Program-made: the position numbers and the translations under genes
Source of the DNA: Octopus vulgaris
Taxonomy: Eukaryota
Direction: 5' to 3'
NCBI GenBank assembly: GCA_951406725.2
Contig: OX597827.1
Span: 50,344,001-50,408,000, forward strand
Length of the DNA: 64,000 nt
Notes under the pieces: model-generated
What the model was told of the DNA's origin: nothing
Databases searched by the model: none
Seen by the model: the letters and a program-made list of their open reading frames with translations, nothing else
Shown: positions 57,555 to 64,000 of the stretch, piece by piece
Layout: the number at the start of each line of letters is the position of its first letter
Position numbering within the stretch: the stretch's first letter is position 1

Positions 57555-58525
57555 TGGAAGTAAGAAGGTCAGGCTTGTGTAGGATGGAAGATTGCAAAGA
57601 TACAGCATTGTACAAGCACTTGAGAATGAATGAAACTGAAAATAGGTGGATAACGAAAAGAATGCACGGACAATTTGATAGGGATGTTGAAGATAAGACA
57701 GACAGAGAAAAACGATGGCTATGGATGACTAAAAGTGATTTAAAACAGGAAACGGAGGTTCTAATCCGTGCTGCCCAAGAGCAAGCATTAAGAACCAATT
57801 ACATCAAATACAGAATAAACAAAACATCAGAAAGTGATAAGTGCTGAATTTGTGGAAAAAATGGTGAAACCGTATGGCATATTAGCAGTCAATGTACACC
57901 ACTAGTACAGAAAGGATATAAGAGACGTCATGGCAACATAGCAAGGATTGTCCATTGGCCACTTTGCAACAAGTATGGACTTGACAAGCAAAAAATTAGT
58001 ACGAACATAAACCCGAAGGCATCATCGAAAATGATAATGCAAAGATCCTTATGGGATTTTATGATTCAGTGCGACCATGAGATAGAGAATAGGAAACCAG
58101 ACATAGTGTTAATTGAGAAAGAAAGCAAACGATGTTGGATCATAGATATGGCATGCCCACTGACAACATGGTACGCGAAAAGGAAGAAGGAAATGTCGAT
58201 AGATATGACAGGTTAGCTTGGGAGGTTAAGCAGTTGTGGTCGCTGAAGAAGGTGGTAGTAGTACCAATAATTGTCGGATCTCTGGGAACAGTGAGTAAAA
58301 ATCTTTAGAAGTACAGAGAACAAATAGGGACTGCAATAAGGGAGGAGCACTTGCAGAAAACAGCACTGTTTGGAACCGCTCGAATACTCCGGATGGTCCT
58401 CGAAGAATAAGGGTGCTACCTTATTTCACTAGTAGTGAACAGCTGACACCATGGTACATCTCCAGCGTTAGAAGCTGTGCAAAGAAAATAAAAATAATAA
58501 TAGAAATAATAATAATAACAATAAT
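57555..58525 (+). mobile_element. R4/Dong 3' fragment with (TAA)n tail
   Basis: MHGQF, AAQEQALRTN, C*ICGKNGETVWHISSQC, KRRH, LWDFMIQCD..RKPDIV..IIDMACP. Confidence 0.88.
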
Positions 58526-58895
58526 TGTATGCCCCTTTGATCCACGAATAGTCAAGAAGAAAGGCGAAAAGATAGATACAACCCTCTTAAGTACGAACCT
58601 GGCTATAGAAAATGAAGAAGGTGAAGATAGTGCCAATTATTGCTGGGTTCTTGGGAACAGTATCACAAGACATAAAGAAGAATATAAAGTAAATTGGAAT
58701 AGAGTGCCCTGTAAAACTGTTACAAGAGTTTTGCCTCCTCGGCACGGCCAAAATAATCAGGAAAGTATTAGACAGCTGAAAAGAACGAATAGCATGGTAC
58801 CGTGTGCTGCAGGTAGTAAGCCCGTTACGCATACAAGACTCCAGGAGCTCCAACAAAACATATGATAAAGAGAAAATAATAATGATAATAATAAT
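58526..58895 (+). mobile_element. Second R4/Dong 3' fragment with (TAA)n tail
   Basis: CPFDPRI..KVKIVPIIAGFLGTV..LLGTAKIIRKVLDS-stop, then aataataatgataataataat. Confidence 0.8.
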
Positions 58896-59224
58896 ATCAA
58901 TAAAAGGAAAAATTTTATAAAGCTATGGTTAGTGTGTGCCTACCACAAATGTAGTCATACAGGAAGTAAAGAAAGTTCTAAATACCGATGGAAACTGAGC
59001 TACAGTCTCAGTTTATTCACTGTATGACATCGTGCGCTTCCAAAATAGAAGCTACAGAGGAACATATATATTGATTAGCTGTCAATCGGGGATATGTATA
59101 AGTGGTCTTCAATTAGGTATACGCATGAAGAAACTATAAAAGAGTTACCAATCAATTGTTAGCTCTCATATTTCGAAACAGTATTGATTTAACAACGGCA
59201 GTAGTTCTTTTCACAGTGATTTTA

Positions 59225-59888
59225 TTCTTGGATTGGCAGAATAGTTAAAACGTCGGACAAAATACGCATCGCAAATTGCTTCGGCTCTTTCCATTCAGAT
59301 TTCAGATTCTAACAAGAATTTCCTAATTTCGGGGTTGATAGTATAAAGTATGGAGTCCATGTATTGGACTTCCCCTTCCTCTAAAAATTGCTGGCTGTGA
59401 GTCAAAATTAGAAAATTATCATAACTTATTAAGGTGTAGAACTGGCAGAATCATTAGCAGCTCATAGAAAATGATTTTCTGTATTTCTTTCGGCTCCTTA
59501 TGTTCTGTATTCAAATTCTGTCAAGATCGACTTTGCCTTTCATCCTTTCGAGTTTAATAAAATACGTTACCAATCAAGTACTGGGGTTGATGTAAATGAC
59601 TTGCCCCACTCCCCCTCAAAACTGCAACCTTATACCTAAATTAGAAAGAACTATTATAATTAAAAAAACGCCGAGCTGGCGAAATCGTTAGTTCGTCAGG
59701 GAAAGCGCGTTGTGGCATTTATACCCGGTCTTTACGTTATGAGCTCAAATCCCGCCAAGGTGAACACTGTCTTTTATCCTTTTGGGGTCGATAAAATAAG
59801 TGCCTGTGGGGCACTGGGCTCGATGTAATCGACTTGCACCCTCTACTAAAATTTCAGGCTTTGTGCCTATAGTAGAAAGGATTATCAT
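59225..59888 (+). mobile_element. Three head-to-tail CORE-type SINE copies
   Basis: Units ~59225-59420, 59432-59660 and 59670-59888, each with (c)tggc(a)gaa..ttag, ttc(a/g)aat, ttt(c/t)ggggtcgataaaataag, ..agaaa..att. Confidence 0.75.
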
Positions 59889-60949
59889 CATCTAGGTTTA
59901 AGTTGCAGATTACCTTCAAGTAAACTACTACCTCAAATCAGAAAGAGAGAGAGAGAGAGAGAGAGAGGAGAACTTCCAAGAACTACGATATTATACAATT
60001 TCAACCATCATGGTATTAATTCTCATCCCTTCGATTAAAACATGCATTGTTTAAAGTGTTAATATATTCACTAACAGTTTTAATTATGAAGCACTCCCAA
60101 GTCATTTAATCTGAATTTGGGTTGCCTTTGTCTTTTTCTCTCTTTATAATTAATAAGCAGGAATTGCTCCAGTTGACTTGAAGATAGGTCTAAGTTCGTA
60201 TCGTATCGTTTTACAATGCACTCAAAGGCATATCTACTTGCAAATAAATGCGTAGACATATATTTATTGTTATTAGTCACGTTTTATTTTTGTTTCGCTC
60301 TAGATTAAGTCTTGATTCAGCAAACAACCACATCTATCCCATTTTTTTGCATATATACCCATGTTTTCTTAATTTTTAAAAACTAACTGGTTGAGAGACC
60401 ACGAAGAGGGTTCGTATGATTGCTATATGTATGTGTGTGTGGAACAATTTTAATAACTCTAAAATTAGTAGAAAGAAGTAAAATCTTAGAGATAACAGAT
60501 AACAAGACTGGATATTTTTAGGTAGGCAGACAGAGAGAGAGAGACAGACAGACAGACAGATAGACAGACAGGCAGAGAAAGAGAGAAAGAAAGAAAAGTT
60601 AAGTGTACAAATGGACGGGCAGCTTTAGAGAATCGCCATATTACAAGTAGTATCTGTTGAAGAAAATAATAGTACAATGTATTGGCTATGTAACTGTTAC
60701 TATTGATTTAAATTGCTGCCGAGAATATTTTTCGTTTCTTTTCTTTTCTTTTGACAATATATATCATGACAGCTATTTTCACAGCCACAAATATTTTAAG
60801 ATAAACATCTCGCTCTCTAATAATGCACCGATCTTATTAATGCTATTAACACCCACCACACAATCTCTAACTATTCTTTCAACACCTCTGAAAGACTCAA
60901 TTAGCACTTCTGATTTTGCTACTCTCAGCAATGAACCGGCATCACCCCC

Positions 60950-61057
60950 ACAACCACCACCACCACCACCACCACTACCACTACTACTACCACCACCACC
61001 ACCACCACCACCACCACCACCACCACCACCACCACTTCTACTACTACTACCACCACC

Positions 61058-61098
<41 letters not shown>

Positions 61099-61135
61099 CA
61101 CTACTACTACTACTACTACCACCACCACCACCACC

Positions 61136-61182
<47 letters not shown>

Positions 61183-61280
61183 CACCACCACCACCGCCAC
61201 CACCACCACCACTACTACTACTATCACTGTTGCTACTGCTGCTTTAACTACAACTACTACCACTTTTACTCTTACTATTA
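60950..61280. repeat. (CAC)n/(TAC)n microsatellite
   Basis: Directly visible; source of the poly-Pro/His/Val ORFs. Confidence 0.97.
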
Positions 61281-61581
61281 CAGTATTATTTTTGCGTGTT
61301 TAACTATTATATAAAAAATTAAAGACGAAGTTCTCTTGATGTGAAAATGAGTGTTAGAATGGAAGTTCATTGCATTTATTTTCAGGGACTTCTGGGAGAT
61401 TCTAGTAATTCTATCTCCAGACAAGTTAATGTAGTCACAGTTTATAATTTCCTTTGTTCTTGCCATAATCGATATGCCGAAGACGTATCGCAAAATTATG
61501 AAGAAATATAGGTACACGTCGGGTTGGTTAGCTGTTGTTTAAAATTAAGCCAACAATGATTGAGCAGATCTCTGATAAGTC

Positions 61582-61880
61582 GAGGCACATGGCGTAGTGG
61601 TTAGAGCAGCGGACTCCCGGTCGAGGGATCGCGGGTTCGAATCTCAGACCGGACGATGCGTGTGTTTATGAGCGAAATACCTAAGCTCCACGCGGCTCCG
61701 GCAGAAGGTAATGGCGAAACTTCTGCTGACTCTTTCGCCACAACTTCTTCTCACTTTTTCATCCTGCATCTTGCAGCTCACCTGCGATGGACCGGCGTTC
61801 CATCCAGGTGGGGAACTTATACGCCAAGAAACCGGGAAACCGGCCCTTATGAGCCAGGCATGACTCGAGAAGGAACAAAC
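61582..61880 (+). mobile_element. OR-like tRNA SINE
   Basis: Near-identical head to 6620-6829; ends in an A-rich tail. Confidence 0.88.
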
Positions 61881-63289
61881 AAAAAAAAAAACTGTGATAA
61901 ACAACACTCCAGCCCTGACTATCCTGTCTGATTAAAGGCATGTTGAAAGCATTATCCAATTTGTCAGGGAAGATCTGGATGCTTTTTCGAGAGCAGTTAC
62001 CACGTTAAGCTATTTTACTGACTGGTAAAATACTGAGTGGTAATGAATAAAATTACTTAGCCTTCGAGCCTCAACAGCGGAGGTGTAGAGGTGAAGACGT
62101 GATATCTGATATATTCAGAGTATTTTGAGACCTCTGCCAATTACTTCATGTTAAAGAGACAGAAGGATAGAAGGGCAGAAGGAAGCAAGTGCGAGAGAGA
62201 GACTGAGACAGACAGACAGAGAGAAAGTGGGGTGGACCAAGTGGAATCGACCTCAATATTGGTAGTTCATTTATCGACCCTGAAAAGGTAGAATGCAAAG
62301 TTGACCTCTGTGATAATTTCATTTCAAAGCACATGAAGCTACATGAATAATTTGGGGTATTCCCTGTTGTGGTGGATATTCCGACCTTTCATCTTTCGAT
62401 GAAAAGTGAACTAAAAGTAGGAGTCATTTTATTGGAGGTCAATGCCTTTTACAATAATGAATCCTGAATGTGAATAGAACCCTTGTAGAAAACAAATGGT
62501 GATTACTCAATAGAAAGTGATATGTTTGTACGAAATAAAACTACGTGAAGGACTTTAATCGCGGCTGGACAAGCTTCAAATTATTTTGACCCATAAATAT
62601 AAATTGCGAATATAAAGTAGCTTTTATGTAAATATTTTTCATAAGATATGAGATTGTTTTATATACCCAGTATTATCTTAGTATTAAAAATGTAAGGATT
62701 TTTATTGATAACACACCTCTATAAGAAGCATTATCGATTTGTTTGTTGCGTAGCAATATTCTCTACTGATGTGCTCTCAAAGTTTATCTCTGAAGCTTAA
62801 CTCACTGTAACGCATATTTTCTAAGATTGTATCAATAATGATTAAGCTAATCATATAATCTAGCTAACATGGTTAATTCTATATTTCTACATTAAAACCA
62901 AGGTGACGTTGACATTATAAACATATAAAACACTATCGACCATACATATTCAATGTATGTGTTTTGTTTGTTCCCCGGTTCGCTACGATATAGCGCCTGG
63001 GGGACGACTCTCTCATAATGCTAGATGTTAAAACACTTGAAAGTCATACACAAGCGAGACAACTGTATATATACATATATATACATATATATATATATAG
63101 ATATATGTGTCTATACACATGTATATATATATATAAATCCATATATATATATATATAAATCCATATATATATATATCACAATCAAGGAACGGCCATAATA
63201 GGCCATTCACCCACTAGAAATAACAGCCAAAAGCTTTAACCGCAAAATAACATTAATACCGTAAACCAGGAGAAAATTGAAAAACTATG

Positions 63290-64000
63290 GTGCTATTTTT
63301 CTGTGAGAAAAACAGCACCATGGCGCCAATTCACACTCCCATTATTAAAGCAGAATTTCATTTGTTTGTCAAATTGTTGACTGAACAGACAAAAATAATA
63401 TCTTGATTTCGAAGCAAAGAAACACACTAAGTAAGGTTGCAATGATTTGAAAATATGAGAGTCAATCAGAGCAAGATCAGAAGTGCAAAGAGGCTGCTGC
63501 AAGACTTCCATATTTAGTTCCATAATTTATCCTGAATCACTGGGGCAATATGTACTCTTGCTTTATTGTTTAAGAGAAACACCTCTTTACAACCGACCAA
63601 TGATGGGCACTTATACTGCAGCTTTCAATTGGCGACAATACTTCTCCACATTAAATTAGTATAAGTTTTCTCGAGTGTAGTCCTTATTTGGGGATGGAAC
63701 CTCGTTTTTACATTGAGTGCTAACCATTGTCGTTGTCGTTAGATACAGTTATAGAGAAACCATTCTTTATAACTTGTTAAAATCCTACCCAGGAATGGTA
63801 TCAAGGTTACTCTTCAATGGCGTAAGGAGGAGAAATATTTGATTAAGATGAGAAGCACTCAGATGATGAGAGACACGCTAACGCAGTTTTGACACTTTTC
63901 CCAGTTCATGAAGGTGTTTTATGATCAAAGTATGACTAGAGTTGAACTGTTTTGATAATTTTTATGCCGTATTCTTTGGATTTCCCTCAGCTATGGTTTT
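63290..64000 (-). mobile_element. Decayed mariner transposase, running off the window
   Basis: RILTSYKEWFLY (cf. RIVTxDEKWxLY) and QPLCTSDLALIDSHIFKSLQ (cf. HPPYSPDLAPSDYHLFRSLQ). Confidence 0.7.

Noticed and set aside
60657-61247. Proline-rich 196-aa ORF
   Set aside because: Produced by the (CAC/TAC)n microsatellite and open in several frames on both strands

Overview
AT-rich eukaryotic DNA, dense in microsatellites and repeats. No host gene can be called with confidence; only weak candidate exons were found. The repeat mix points to an octopod cephalopod genome, probably Octopus (inference). It includes tRNA-derived SINEs resembling the octopus OK/OR families, CORE-type SINEs, R4/Dong, RTE, CR1-like and Tx1-like LINEs, mariner/Tc1, Tigger, a Helitron, MITEs and Penelope-like elements (PLEs). 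Nearly all ORFs in the supplied track are microsatellite or TE read-through; the main exception is a 5'-truncated R4/Dong ORF at 7193-8389. The most striking signal is a set of hammerhead-ribozyme (HHR) elements from at least four families. (1) A 404-bp unit with a complete minimal type I HHR and 53-bp terminal direct repeats, sitting in (TA)n (retrozyme-like, 17423-17879). (2) A module of tRNA-like Pol III head + (TAA)n + HHR that forms the terminal repeat of a coding PLE (8797-10062) and also stands alone, starting exactly at the tRNA-like 5' end (47581-48105); this is a candidate Penelope-mobilised SINE. (3) Several divergent inverted pairs of HHR-bearing terminal repeats. All calls come from reading and translating by eye, and element boundaries are approximate.
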